A DNA stretch of 64,000 nucleotides, taken from contig DATIPH010000031.1 of the NCBI GenBank assembly GCA_035472275.1, positions 14,983-78,982 on the forward strand, given 5' to 3'. The stretch comes from Solirubrobacterales bacterium (GTDB lineage Bacteria; Actinomycetota; Thermoleophilia; Solirubrobacterales; 70-9). The notes below the pieces were generated by a model. The model did no database searches. It was not told the origin of the DNA and saw nothing but the letters and a program-made list of their open reading frames with translations. This document shows, piece after piece, positions 34,622 through 43,475 of this stretch; position 1 is the stretch's first letter, and the number at the start of each line of letters is the position of its first letter. A program made the position numbers and the translations under genes.

Positions 34622-36400
34622 ATGACGGACCTCGACGTAGATCTCGGTGCCCTCCTGCCCTCCGACCTCCCCGATGGGCGCGAGGCGGTCGCCGAGGGTC
34701 GCGCCCTGGCCGCCGGGGTAGAGCGCGCCCGCTCGCTCTTCTGCGAGGCCAATGGCGTCGCCGCCGAGCGCGAGTGGCGCGAACGGGCGCGCACGGAGGG
34801 CTTCGCCTGCACCTGCATGAACATCGGCCTCGCGACCTGGGCGGACACCCGCGAGGCGCTCGGCCGGATCCACGAAGACGCACTCTCGCGCGGAGTGCGG
34901 CCGCCGGACCGCTTCAACCTGATCGCCGAGCGGCGGATGGGCCTACCGAAGGACAAACGGGCGCAGGCGCCGCAGGAGACTGGGCCGGCATTGTGGAGTG
35001 AGCAGGACTGGTGGGACCTCGCCCACACGGTGCCGATCCAGCCCGAGGCGGCGGACAACATGATCGGCGGGCCCGGCTCGCTCGACAACGCGCTCGACGC
35101 GCTGCGGGTCGGGATCACTCACATCGGCGTCCTCTCCCAGTACACCTGGCGCTGGCCCTACTGGGATGACGAGGTGAGCCAGACGATGGCGGTGCTGAAG
35201 GCCGCCGGCCTGCTGTCCGCCTTCAAAGCCGAGGGCGTCTGCTTCGACTCCTATCTCGAGGACGGCTATCCCGGCGTCTTCCACGACTACGCCAACTACG
35301 TCGGCTGGGCGATGCTCGAGCGCTACGTCAGCGAGGAGTTGGTCGGCGCCGCCTACTCCTGCTCCTGGGGTGGCCTCACCCAGGACCCGGTCGTCAAGTC
35401 GGCGGTGACGCTCGCCCTGCACGCGGTCAACCCCGACGCGGTCCCCGCCGGCTTCGTCCAGGGCGACACGATCGGCAACACGCCGGACTTGGACTCCAAC
35501 CTGGCCGTGCTCAGCACCGACGTCCTCTTCATGAAGCTGGTCGACAGCCGCTACCGGCTCGGCGGCGCGCCGATCGCGGTGCCGGTGACCGAGACCGAGC
35601 GCATCCCCTCCTGGGATGAGGTGGCGACGGTGCAGACGATCAGCCGCCGGCTTGAGGAATACGTGCCGCTGGTCGACCCAGTGGTCGACTGGGGGCGGAT
35701 CGAGCGGCTGCGCGACCAATTGGTCGCCGGTGGCCGTCGCTTCTTCACGGCCGCGATCGAGGGCCTGGGCAGCGCCGGGATCGACGTCCACGACCCCGCG
35801 CAACTACTGCTCGTCCTCAAACGCCTCGGCTCCAGCCGCTGCGAGGAGCTGTTCGGAGCTGGCGCACCCGACGAGGGGTTCCCGCGCGGGCGCCGGCCGG
35901 TCCTGCAGACGGACCTGGTCAAGAGCACGATGGCCGAGCGCGAGCGCCTGCTGGCCGAGCTCCGTGGTCGTGGTCAGGAGGACGCGATCCGCGGCATGAA
36001 GGTGCTCGTCACCTCGACCGATGTGCACGAGTTCGCCGAGTTCCTGCTTACCTCGGCCCTCGCCGCCGTCGGCACCGAGGTGATCGACTTCGGGATCAAC
36101 CGCGACCCGGAGGACATCGTCAAGGCGGTGATCGAGACCGACGCCGACGCCGTCGTTGTCACCACCCACAACGGCGTCGCCCGTTCCTTCGGACAGCGCC
36201 TGATCGGCGCGCTGGGGCAGGCGCAAGCCCGGCAGGTCCCGGTCTTCATGGGTGGGGTTCTGAACGAGGACGTCGACGGCTCCGAGATCCCGATCGACGT
36301 CCGCGCCGACCTCAACGCGAGCGGGATCGAGACGCCGGGGACGATCGACCGCCTGGTCGACACGCTGATCGCGCGCCGCGGCGGCGGTGTCCCGGCCTAG
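34622..36400 (+). CDS. Fused mutase-like protein with C-terminal cobalamin-binding domain
   Basis: The C-terminal ~125 aa (KVLVTSTDVHEFAEFLLTSALAAVGTEVIDFGINRDPEDIVKAV..DADAVVVTTHNG) look like a B12-binding Rossmann domain with a DxHxxA variant of the DxHxxG motif. The N-terminal ~450 aa form a large barrel-like domain. Confidence 0.6.
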   Translation: MTDLDVDLGALLPSDLPDGREAVAEGRALAAGVERARSLFCEANGVAAEREWRERARTEGFACTCMNIGLATWADTREALGRIHEDALSRGVRPPDRFNLIAERRMGLPKDKRAQAPQETGPALWSEQDWWDLAHTVPIQPEAADNMIGGPGSLDNALDALRVGITHIGVLSQYTWRWPYWDDEVSQTMAVLKAAGLLSAFKAEGVCFDSYLEDGYPGVFHDYANYVGWAMLERYVSEELVGAAYSCSWGGLTQDPVVKSAVTLALHAVNPDAVPAGFVQGDTIGNTPDLDSNLAVLSTDVLFMKLVDSRYRLGGAPIAVPVTETERIPSWDEVATVQTISRRLEEYVPLVDPVVDWGRIERLRDQLVAGGRRFFTAAIEGLGSAGIDVHDPAQLLLVLKRLGSSRCEELFGAGAPDEGFPRGRRPVLQTDLVKSTMAERERLLAELRGRGQEDAIRGMKVLVTSTDVHEFAEFLLTSALAAVGTEVIDFGINRDPEDIVKAVIETDADAVVVTTHNGVARSFGQRLIGALGQAQARQVPVFMGGVLNEDVDGSEIPIDVRADLNASGIETPGTIDRLVDTLIARRGGGVPA

Positions 36401-36409
36401 GGCACGGGC

Positions 36410-37804
36410 TTGTCCGCTTTCGTCCTCGCCGATTTCGGCAGCACCTTCACCAAGGTGCGTTTGGTCGATCGCGCCGAGGGGCGGCTGCTGGCCCGGGCAG
36501 AGGCGCCGACGACGGTCGGCACCGATCTGATGGACGGCTACGCGGAGGCGTTGGCGGCGGCCCGGTCCGGGCTCGACGAGGCGGTCGAGATCGAGGCCGA
36601 GATCGCCGCCTCCAGCGCCGGCGGCGGCTTGCGGGTGGCGGCGATCGGGCTGGTCGCCGACCTGACCGCGGCCGCGGCACGGCAGACGGCGCTGAACGCG
36701 GGCGCCCGGGTCGGGGCGGTGCTGGCTGGGGAGCTCGACGCGGAGCAGCTGACGCGGCTCGACGCGGCCGCGCCCGAGATCGTCCTCTTCGCCGGCGGCA
36801 CCGATGGCGGCCAGCGCGAGCTGGTGCTCGCCAACGCCCGCCGCCTCGCCGGCCATGGCCTTGCGGCCCGCGTCGTCGTCGCTTGCAATGCGGCGATCGC
36901 CGAGGAGGTGGCGGCCCTGTTCGAGGCGGCGGGGATCGCGGCGACGGTCGCCGCCAACGTGATGCCGGCGCTGGGTCAGCTCGAGATCGAGCCGGCGCGG
37001 GCCGCGATCTCGGCCGCCTTCCTCGAGCATGTGATCGGGGGCAAGGGCCTCAGCGCCAGCCCCGAATTCGCGCGGATGGTGCGGATGCCGACCCCGGAGG
37101 CGGTGCTGACTGCGACCCGGCTGCTCTCGCGCGGTCCCGGTCAGCGCGGTGGGGTGGGGGACGTGCTCGTCGTCGACGTCGGCGGCGCCACCACCGACGT
37201 CCATTCCGATCGCGCCGCGCAGCCGGCGACGCCGGGGATCGAGGAGCCGTTGCTGCCGGCGCCGCCGACCCTGCGCACGGTCGAGGGCGACCTCGGCCTG
37301 CGCGCCGGGGCGCCGGGGGTCGTCGCCGCCGACCGCGGCTGGCTTGCGCAGCGACTGCAGGGCGGAGAGGAGGCGGAGCTCGATCGGGCCGGCGCCGACC
37401 GCGCCAAGCGTCCGGCCTGGGTCCCGGAGAGCGTTGCCGATGCCCACTTCGATCGGCTGCTGGCGACCGCTTGCGTCGCCCACGGGCTCGACCGCCACTG
37501 CGGCACGATGCTGCTGAGCCGCAGCGCGAAGGGGCCGCCGACCCTGGTCCGGGCGGGTCCCGACCTGCGCGAGGTCAGCCGCGTGATCGGGACCGGCGGC
37601 GTCTTCGCCCACGGTGAGGGCGGGGAGGAGGTCTTGCGCGACGGGCTGGAGCGGCGCTCACCGCGCTCGCTCTCGCCGCGCGAGCCGGAGATAGCAATCG
37701 ACCGCGGCTACATCCTCGCCGCCGCCGGCCTGCTCGCTTCGATCGATCCCGAGGCCGCATTCCGACTCCTGCAGAGGGAGGTGTTCGACTGTGTTCAAGC
37801 GTAG
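36410..37804 (+). CDS. glmL: GlmL/MutL-type glutamate-mutase accessory (reactivase-like) protein
   Basis: N-terminal FVLADFGSTFTKVRLVD and VLVVDVGGATTDVH are ASKHA-fold phosphate motifs typical of GlmL. Confidence 0.7.
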   Translation: MSAFVLADFGSTFTKVRLVDRAEGRLLARAEAPTTVGTDLMDGYAEALAAARSGLDEAVEIEAEIAASSAGGGLRVAAIGLVADLTAAAARQTALNAGARVGAVLAGELDAEQLTRLDAAAPEIVLFAGGTDGGQRELVLANARRLAGHGLAARVVVACNAAIAEEVAALFEAAGIAATVAANVMPALGQLEIEPARAAISAAFLEHVIGGKGLSASPEFARMVRMPTPEAVLTATRLLSRGPGQRGGVGDVLVVDVGGATTDVHSDRAAQPATPGIEEPLLPAPPTLRTVEGDLGLRAGAPGVVAADRGWLAQRLQGGEEAELDRAGADRAKRPAWVPESVADAHFDRLLATACVAHGLDRHCGTMLLSRSAKGPPTLVRAGPDLREVSRVIGTGGVFAHGEGGEEVLRDGLERRSPRSLSPREPEIAIDRGYILAAAGLLASIDPEAAFRLLQREVFDCVQA

Positions 37805-38762
37805 GCGGAAGGAGGAGCCGCTGCGGTTGTTCTACGCGGGGGACGTGCACGGCTCGCGCGTCTGCTGGAAGAAGTTCATCAACGCCGCCGCCCACTACCC
37901 GGCCGACGTGCTGGTGATGGGAGGTGATCTGACCGGCAAGGCGCTGGTCCCGATCGTCCGCCGTGGCGATGGCTCCCACCTTGCCCGCGTGATCGGCGAG
38001 GAGCGCGAGGCCCACGGCGCGACGGAGCTCGAGGAGCTGGAGGCGGCGATCGCGACCAACGGCATGTACCCGACGATCGTCAACGAAGCTGAGGCGGAGC
38101 GGCTGCGAACCGACTCCGCCCACCGCGAGCAGGTCTTCGAGCGGGCGCTGCTGGGCGAGCTGACGCTGTGGGTCGAGTTCGCCGACGAGCGCCTTGCCGG
38201 CACTGACACTCGCGCCTACGTGATCCCCGGCAACGACGACCCCTGGTCGGTCGACGCGATCCTCGAGTCGGGGGCCGCGGTCGACGCCTGCGACGAGCAG
38301 GTGCGAATCGTCGGCGCCCACGAGATGATCTCCTTCGGCTACTCCAACCGCACCCCGTGGGACACCCCGCGCGAGCTCGACGAGGAGGAGATCTACACCC
38401 GTCTCAAGGTGCTCGCCGATCAACTCGAGAATCCAAGCGGGGCGATCTTCAATATTCACGTCCCACCGCGTGACAGCAGCCTCGATACCGCCTACGAGGT
38501 TGACGAGGAGCTGCGCTACGTGATGAAGGGCGGCCGGCCCCACGAGATCGCGACCGGCAGCTCAGCGGTGAAGCAGATCATCGAAGAGGTGCAGCCGCTG
38601 CTCAGCCTGCACGGTCACATCCACGAGAGCAAGGGTATGACCAAAATCGGCCGCACCGTCGCAATCAACCCCGGATCGGACTACGGCAGTGGTCATCTCG
38701 ACGGCTGTTTGGTACACCTTGGGCAAGAGCGCGTAGTCAGCCAATACCTGGTCTCCGGGTAA
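37791..38762 (+). CDS. Metallophosphoesterase
   Basis: YAGDVHGS, VMGGDLTGK, GNDDP and LHGHIHES motifs. Confidence 0.8.
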   Translation: MFKRRRKEEPLRLFYAGDVHGSRVCWKKFINAAAHYPADVLVMGGDLTGKALVPIVRRGDGSHLARVIGEEREAHGATELEELEAAIATNGMYPTIVNEAEAERLRTDSAHREQVFERALLGELTLWVEFADERLAGTDTRAYVIPGNDDPWSVDAILESGAAVDACDEQVRIVGAHEMISFGYSNRTPWDTPRELDEEEIYTRLKVLADQLENPSGAIFNIHVPPRDSSLDTAYEVDEELRYVMKGGRPHEIATGSSAVKQIIEEVQPLLSLHGHIHESKGMTKIGRTVAINPGSDYGSGHLDGCLVHLGQERVVSQYLVSG

Positions 38763-38779
38763 TAGTCCAAAAAACTCAC

Positions 38780-40411
38780 ATGTCAGATAACTCAGAGCAG
38801 GGGGGTATGGCGAGAACCTACGCGCGCAAAGCGACGGGTCTGGTGCGCGAGGTCTCACCGTTCTCGACTTTCGTCTTCAACATGGCAGGGCAGCCGACGG
38901 CGATCTTCCTCGCCGTCTCGATCTTCTTTGTCCTCGGCGCCTACCCGGGTGGGTCGATCTGGCTTGGGTTCGCGATGGCGTTTGCGGTCGCGATCGTGCT
39001 CTGTGTCTGTTACGGCCTCTTCACCTCGGCTATCCCCCGCAGTGGCGGCGACTACGTCCTCGTCGGCCGCGTCACCCACCCGGTCGTCGGCCTGATCTCC
39101 TCGTTCTTCTGGATCTCCGGCGTCGTCCTCTCGATCGCGTTTACCGCCTATGCGTTTGTCACCGTCGCCCTCGGGCCCTCGCTGACCGCGGTCGGCCTGG
39201 TCAGCGGCCACAACTCGCTGGTCACCACCGGCGACGACCTCGCCACCGAGTGGGGCTGGCAGTTCGCGATCGGCACCGTCGTGATCCTGATCTCGGCCGC
39301 CCTTCTGGCCGGTGGCTGGCGTTGGACGACGCGGATCATGAATGGCCTTTGGGTCGTGACCATGCTCGGCCTCGCCACCGTCTTCCTCGTTCTCCTCTTC
39401 AAGAGCAAGGACGGGTTCATCCACAGTTTCAACCAGTTCTCAGCCCCGATCACCGGCGAACCAGACTCCTACGACTCGTTGATCAAAGCGGCGGGCAAAG
39501 AAGGAGTCGACCTGAACCCCGGCTTCAGCCTCGACAACACTTGGCCGACCTTCGCCGCCATCGCCAGCCTTTCGCTCTATAGCTGGCTCTCGATCTACAT
39601 CTCGGGCGAGGTCAGGAGGGCGAAAGACACGACGCAGATGAAGATCATGAGCCTCGCCTCGTTCGTCCATATCGGGATCGCGGTGATCCTCGCGATCGTC
39701 TTCTTCTGGAAGTTCGGTCACGACTTCTTCGTCGCAATCAATGCCCTCAGCGAAACCGAAAGCTACCCCTTCGCGGCGCCGCCCTACTACACGTTCCTGA
39801 CCTCGATCGCCGGTGGCAGCGCGCTGCTCGCCTGGTGGCTCTTCATCACCTTCGCGGTTGCCTACCCGCTGCTGATCTTGCCCAACATCACGATCGCCGT
39901 CCGCACCTTCTTTGCCTGGGCGCTGGACGGGATTCTGCCGTCCAGGTTCGCCCGGGTCTCGCCGAGAACCCATGCTCCCAACTATGCGATCGGGCTCACC
40001 GTGATCGTCAGCATCGCTGTCTTGTACTGGGCGGTACGAAACGAAGAAGGGTTCTTCAGTGTCTTAATCGAGGCGGTGATGCTGCAGCTGGTGACGATGA
40101 TCCTGCTTGGGGTCTCAGCGGTCCTGCTGCCGTACCGGCGGCCGGAGATATGGCGTGCATCGGCCACCACCGAGCGTTTCCTCGGAATCCCGATTGTCGC
40201 TCTCGCCGGTGGCCTGACGGCGGTACTTCTGGCCGGGCTCTTTTTCATCTACCTCCACTACCCCGAACTCGGGATCGACAGGGACCATTTCTATCGCGAC
40301 TGCGCGATCATCTTCGGCGCCTCGCTGCTGACCTTCTTCATCGCGCGCTGGGCGCGGAAGCGCCAGGGCGTCGACGTCGACAAACTGGCAACGGAGATTC
40401 CACCTGAGTGA
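38780..40411 (+). CDS. APC-superfamily amino acid/polyamine permease
   Basis: About 12 TM helices and SAIPRSGGDYV, an APC signature-like motif. Confidence 0.8.
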   Translation: MSDNSEQGGMARTYARKATGLVREVSPFSTFVFNMAGQPTAIFLAVSIFFVLGAYPGGSIWLGFAMAFAVAIVLCVCYGLFTSAIPRSGGDYVLVGRVTHPVVGLISSFFWISGVVLSIAFTAYAFVTVALGPSLTAVGLVSGHNSLVTTGDDLATEWGWQFAIGTVVILISAALLAGGWRWTTRIMNGLWVVTMLGLATVFLVLLFKSKDGFIHSFNQFSAPITGEPDSYDSLIKAAGKEGVDLNPGFSLDNTWPTFAAIASLSLYSWLSIYISGEVRRAKDTTQMKIMSLASFVHIGIAVILAIVFFWKFGHDFFVAINALSETESYPFAAPPYYTFLTSIAGGSALLAWWLFITFAVAYPLLILPNITIAVRTFFAWALDGILPSRFARVSPRTHAPNYAIGLTVIVSIAVLYWAVRNEEGFFSVLIEAVMLQLVTMILLGVSAVLLPYRRPEIWRASATTERFLGIPIVALAGGLTAVLLAGLFFIYLHYPELGIDRDHFYRDCAIIFGASLLTFFIARWARKRQGVDVDKLATEIPPE

Positions 40412-40478
40412 CGGGGGCCCGCAGCAGGACCCCGTCTCGGAGGGCGGCAGAATCGCAACCGCCGGCGCCGAGCGGGGG

Positions 40479-41153
40479 TTGCCTCTGCGCCTTGCCGGTG
40501 GTGTCGCCGTCGCCGTTAGTTGCCCGAGCGCAGCGACGCCGCCGCTGCGGCGCGATTACGCCGACATTGACCTGGTCACGCTCAACACGGCGCGCGAGGG
40601 CGTGATTGAGCTGATGACCGGGCTGGGGTACGTCGGGGACCGTGAGTTCAACATGCTGCACGGGCACCGCCGGCTCCTGTTCTGGGATCGTGGCAATGAC
40701 CGCCAGGTCGATGTTTTTGTCGACACGGCGAAGCTTTGTCACACGATCGATTTCCGCCAGCGGGTGGAGGTGGTACCCACGACCCTGGCCCCGGCGGACC
40801 TGCTGCTGATGAAGTTGCAGGTGGTGGAGACGAACGAAAAGGACTTCCTCGACGTCTGCGCGATCCTCGCCGACCATGACCTCAGCGAGGACGAGCGCGG
40901 TGTCAACGCTTCATACATCGCTGAGCTGAGTGCCGCCGACTGGGGTCTGTGGCGTACGCTTGTGATGGTCTCCGAGCGTGGTGAGGAGTTCGCGCTCGGC
41001 TTACCCGGCTTCGATGCGGGTGATCAGGTTGCCGCGCGTCTGCGGCAACTGCGGCGGGAGATGGAGGCGGCACCGAAGAGTCGCGGTTGGAGGATGCGTG
41101 CGCGGGTAGGCGACCGCAAGCGCTGGTACGAGTTGCCTGAAGAGGCCCATTGA
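40479..41153 (+). CDS. Nucleotidyltransferase-fold hypothetical protein
   Basis: LRLAGGVAVAV ... DIDLVT resembles a GG..DxD NTase motif. The frame stays open upstream, so the true start is uncertain. Confidence 0.5.
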   Translation: MPLRLAGGVAVAVSCPSAATPPLRRDYADIDLVTLNTAREGVIELMTGLGYVGDREFNMLHGHRRLLFWDRGNDRQVDVFVDTAKLCHTIDFRQRVEVVPTTLAPADLLLMKLQVVETNEKDFLDVCAILADHDLSEDERGVNASYIAELSAADWGLWRTLVMVSERGEEFALGLPGFDAGDQVAARLRQLRREMEAAPKSRGWRMRARVGDRKRWYELPEEAH

Positions 41154-41237
41154 CCGGCCGGGAGGGGATATGAAGGAAACCAGGAGCATTCACGAACTCA
41201 CGGTGTGGTCTTTCACGCGCGTCGGGAGGGCCGTCCG

Positions 41238-41888
41238 ATGACGCGCCCGCGCCGGGGGGAGCCTCGCGCCAGGACGAAGATCATCGAGGCCAGCCGGCGG
41301 CTGTTCGCCCGACGAGGGTTCTCGGAGACCTCGGTCGGCGACATCGCCCGTGGTGCCGAAGTCGCCCGCGCCACCGTCTACAACAACTTCGACGACAAGC
41401 AGGACATCCTCGCCGCGATCATCAGCGACTACATGACCGGCTACGCCCGGATCTCACAGCGGCTACGCGAAAACGCGCGCTCCGGCCAGACTTCGTTCGA
41501 ACTGATCCAGGAGATGGTCCGCGAGGCATTGGCCTGGCGGGTTGAGAACGCCGACCTGCGGCCGATTGTCGCCGTCGCTCGCAACCTGCGCGGCTCCGGC
41601 TGGGAGGAGGCGAACAAAGCGGCTGACGACTCGATGCTGGGTTGGATCCTCGCCGTCCATGCCGCCGACGAGGCGGCTGGGCTGATCCGCGATGACATTG
41701 AGCTCGAGTTCGGCGTCCGCGCCGCATACGCGATGATCGAGTCGGTGCTCTCCACCTTCGACGTCTCCGCCGGCGAGGAGCAGATCGAGAGCGCGTCTCA
41801 CCAGCTAGCGCTCCTGCACTGGTACTCGATCTGCTCAGTTCCGCCGGCCGACGCCCCGCGCAGCCCGCTCGGCCGCCGGGCGACCTGA
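41238..41888 (+). CDS. TetR-family transcriptional regulator
   Basis: IIEASRRLFARRGFSETSVGDIARGAEVARATVYNNF is a TetR HTH. Confidence 0.9.
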   Translation: MTRPRRGEPRARTKIIEASRRLFARRGFSETSVGDIARGAEVARATVYNNFDDKQDILAAIISDYMTGYARISQRLRENARSGQTSFELIQEMVREALAWRVENADLRPIVAVARNLRGSGWEEANKAADDSMLGWILAVHAADEAAGLIRDDIELEFGVRAAYAMIESVLSTFDVSAGEEQIESASHQLALLHWYSICSVPPADAPRSPLGRRAT

Positions 41889-41923
41889 CACTGCCCCACC
41901 GGGCGACTCCCCGCACGAGACCG

Positions 41924-42035
41924 GTTGGACAAGATTCTCGAACTACACCTGTTGGACAGGATGTAGTGCCTACATGTGGGTTCGCCAGCCCCTTACAGTC
42001 GCGGTTGTCTAAAAGTTTGCTGAACAACCTGTCCA
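41924..42035. promoter_or_regulatory. Candidate TetR operator region: TTGGACA x2, inverted TGTCCAA, and palindrome ATGTAG-TGC-CTACAT
   Basis: TTGGACA at 41924 and 41951, TGTCCAA at 42029, palindrome at 41960-41974. The region lies between the tetR stop and the aminotransferase start. Confidence 0.4.
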
Positions 42036-42098
42036 ATTTGGTACGGTGTGGTCTACCGGGGCCTGGACTCCGCTTGGAGCCGGATCACGGCAAGAGAA

Positions 42099-43475
42099 AT
42101 GCAGACCCGCATCCGAAATCATGCCGAGGTGGATCTCGCGCACCTGATCCACCCGCTCACCGACCACTCGGAGCTCGCCGAGGAAGGTCCGTTGGTGATC
42201 GTGCGCGGCGAGGGATGCGAGCTCGTCGCCGAGGACGGCCGGCGTCTGATCGACGGCTGCGCCGGGCTTTGGACGGTCAACCTCGGCCACGGGCGCGAGG
42301 ATCTGATCGAGGCGGCGACGCAGCAGATGTCGGAGCTTCCCTACGTCTCCACCTTCGGCGGCGTCTCCTCGCCGCCGGCGATCGAGCTCGCCGAGCGGAT
42401 CGCCGACTTGGCGCCGGGCAACCTCAGCGCCGTCTTCTTCGTCTCCAGCGGCAGCGAGGCTAACGAGACCGCGATCAAGCTCGCCCGCCGCCACTGGATC
42501 CGCGACGGCCAACCCTCGAAGTCGATCGTGATCGCCCACGACCGGGGCTATCACGGCCTCTCCGGCGTAACCACGACCGCGACCCGGCTTCCTGCCTACC
42601 ACGGCGACTTCGGAGGCGAAGCGCCCGACGTGGTCGAGGTCTCCGCGCCCTACACCTACCGCTGCGACGCGGGCACGCCCTGCAACCCCGATACGTGCCT
42701 TGTCTGCACCGGGGCGGCGCTGGCGAGCCGGATCGAAGAGCTGGGCGCCGATCGTGTCGCCGCCGTCATGGTCGAGCCGGTTTTCGGCTCGGGAGGCGTG
42801 ATTGTGCCCCCGCCTGGGTACCTGCGTCGAGTGCGTGAGATATGCGATCGCTTCGGCGTGCTGATGATCGCCGACGAGGTGATCACCGGTTTCGGCCGCA
42901 CAGGCTCCTGGTTCGGGGTCGAACACGACGACGTCGTGCCCGACATGATCACCTTCGCCAAGGGCATTACCAGTGGTTACGTGCCGCTCGGCGGCGTTGT
43001 CGTCGCCGACCCAATCTGGGAGGAGCTGCGCGACCCCGAGCGCCAACCGGGATACCTGATGCACGGCTTCACCCACTCCGGCCATCCCGTCGCCTGCGCG
43101 GTGGCGCTGGCCAACATCGAAGCGATCGAGCGCGAGGACCTGCTCGCCCGCGTGCGCGAATCGAGCGCGACTCTCGCCGGCTTGATCGAGCCGCTGCGGG
43201 AGCTGCCGGACGTCGGCGAGGTACGCCAGGCGGGGCTGATGGTCGGGATCGAGCTGGTCCGCGACTGCGAGACCCGCGAGCGTTGGCCCGCCGCCCTCGG
43301 CCGCGGCCGTTCCGCTGCCGCCGAGGCGTGCGACCGGGGGCTGCTGACCCGGGGGTTGCTGGACGACATCCTTTGCCTGGCGCCGCCGTTCACGATTTCC
43401 GACGAGCAGGTGGGCAGGGCGGCCGAAATCCTCGCCGCCGCCATCGAGAGGACCAGGATCGGGGCTGATGGATAG
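42099..43475 (+). CDS. Class III (omega) aminotransferase
   Basis: SGSEANETAIKLAR, MIADEVITGFGRTG and TFAKGITSGY (the PLP-binding lysine). Confidence 0.9.
   Translation: MQTRIRNHAEVDLAHLIHPLTDHSELAEEGPLVIVRGEGCELVAEDGRRLIDGCAGLWTVNLGHGREDLIEAATQQMSELPYVSTFGGVSSPPAIELAERIADLAPGNLSAVFFVSSGSEANETAIKLARRHWIRDGQPSKSIVIAHDRGYHGLSGVTTTATRLPAYHGDFGGEAPDVVEVSAPYTYRCDAGTPCNPDTCLVCTGAALASRIEELGADRVAAVMVEPVFGSGGVIVPPPGYLRRVREICDRFGVLMIADEVITGFGRTGSWFGVEHDDVVPDMITFAKGITSGYVPLGGVVVADPIWEELRDPERQPGYLMHGFTHSGHPVACAVALANIEAIEREDLLARVRESSATLAGLIEPLRELPDVGEVRQAGLMVGIELVRDCETRERWPAALGRGRSAAAEACDRGLLTRGLLDDILCLAPPFTISDEQVGRAAEILAAAIERTRIGADG

Noticed and set aside
35804-37612. 602-aa minus-strand ORF (with similar ones at 33772..35118, 42009..43775, 43390..44478, 47710..49533, 20911..22071 and 22288..23253)
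   Set aside because: All are antisense to genes with recognisable domains. They have extreme R/G/P/A content and no motifs, so they are high-GC shadow ORFs.
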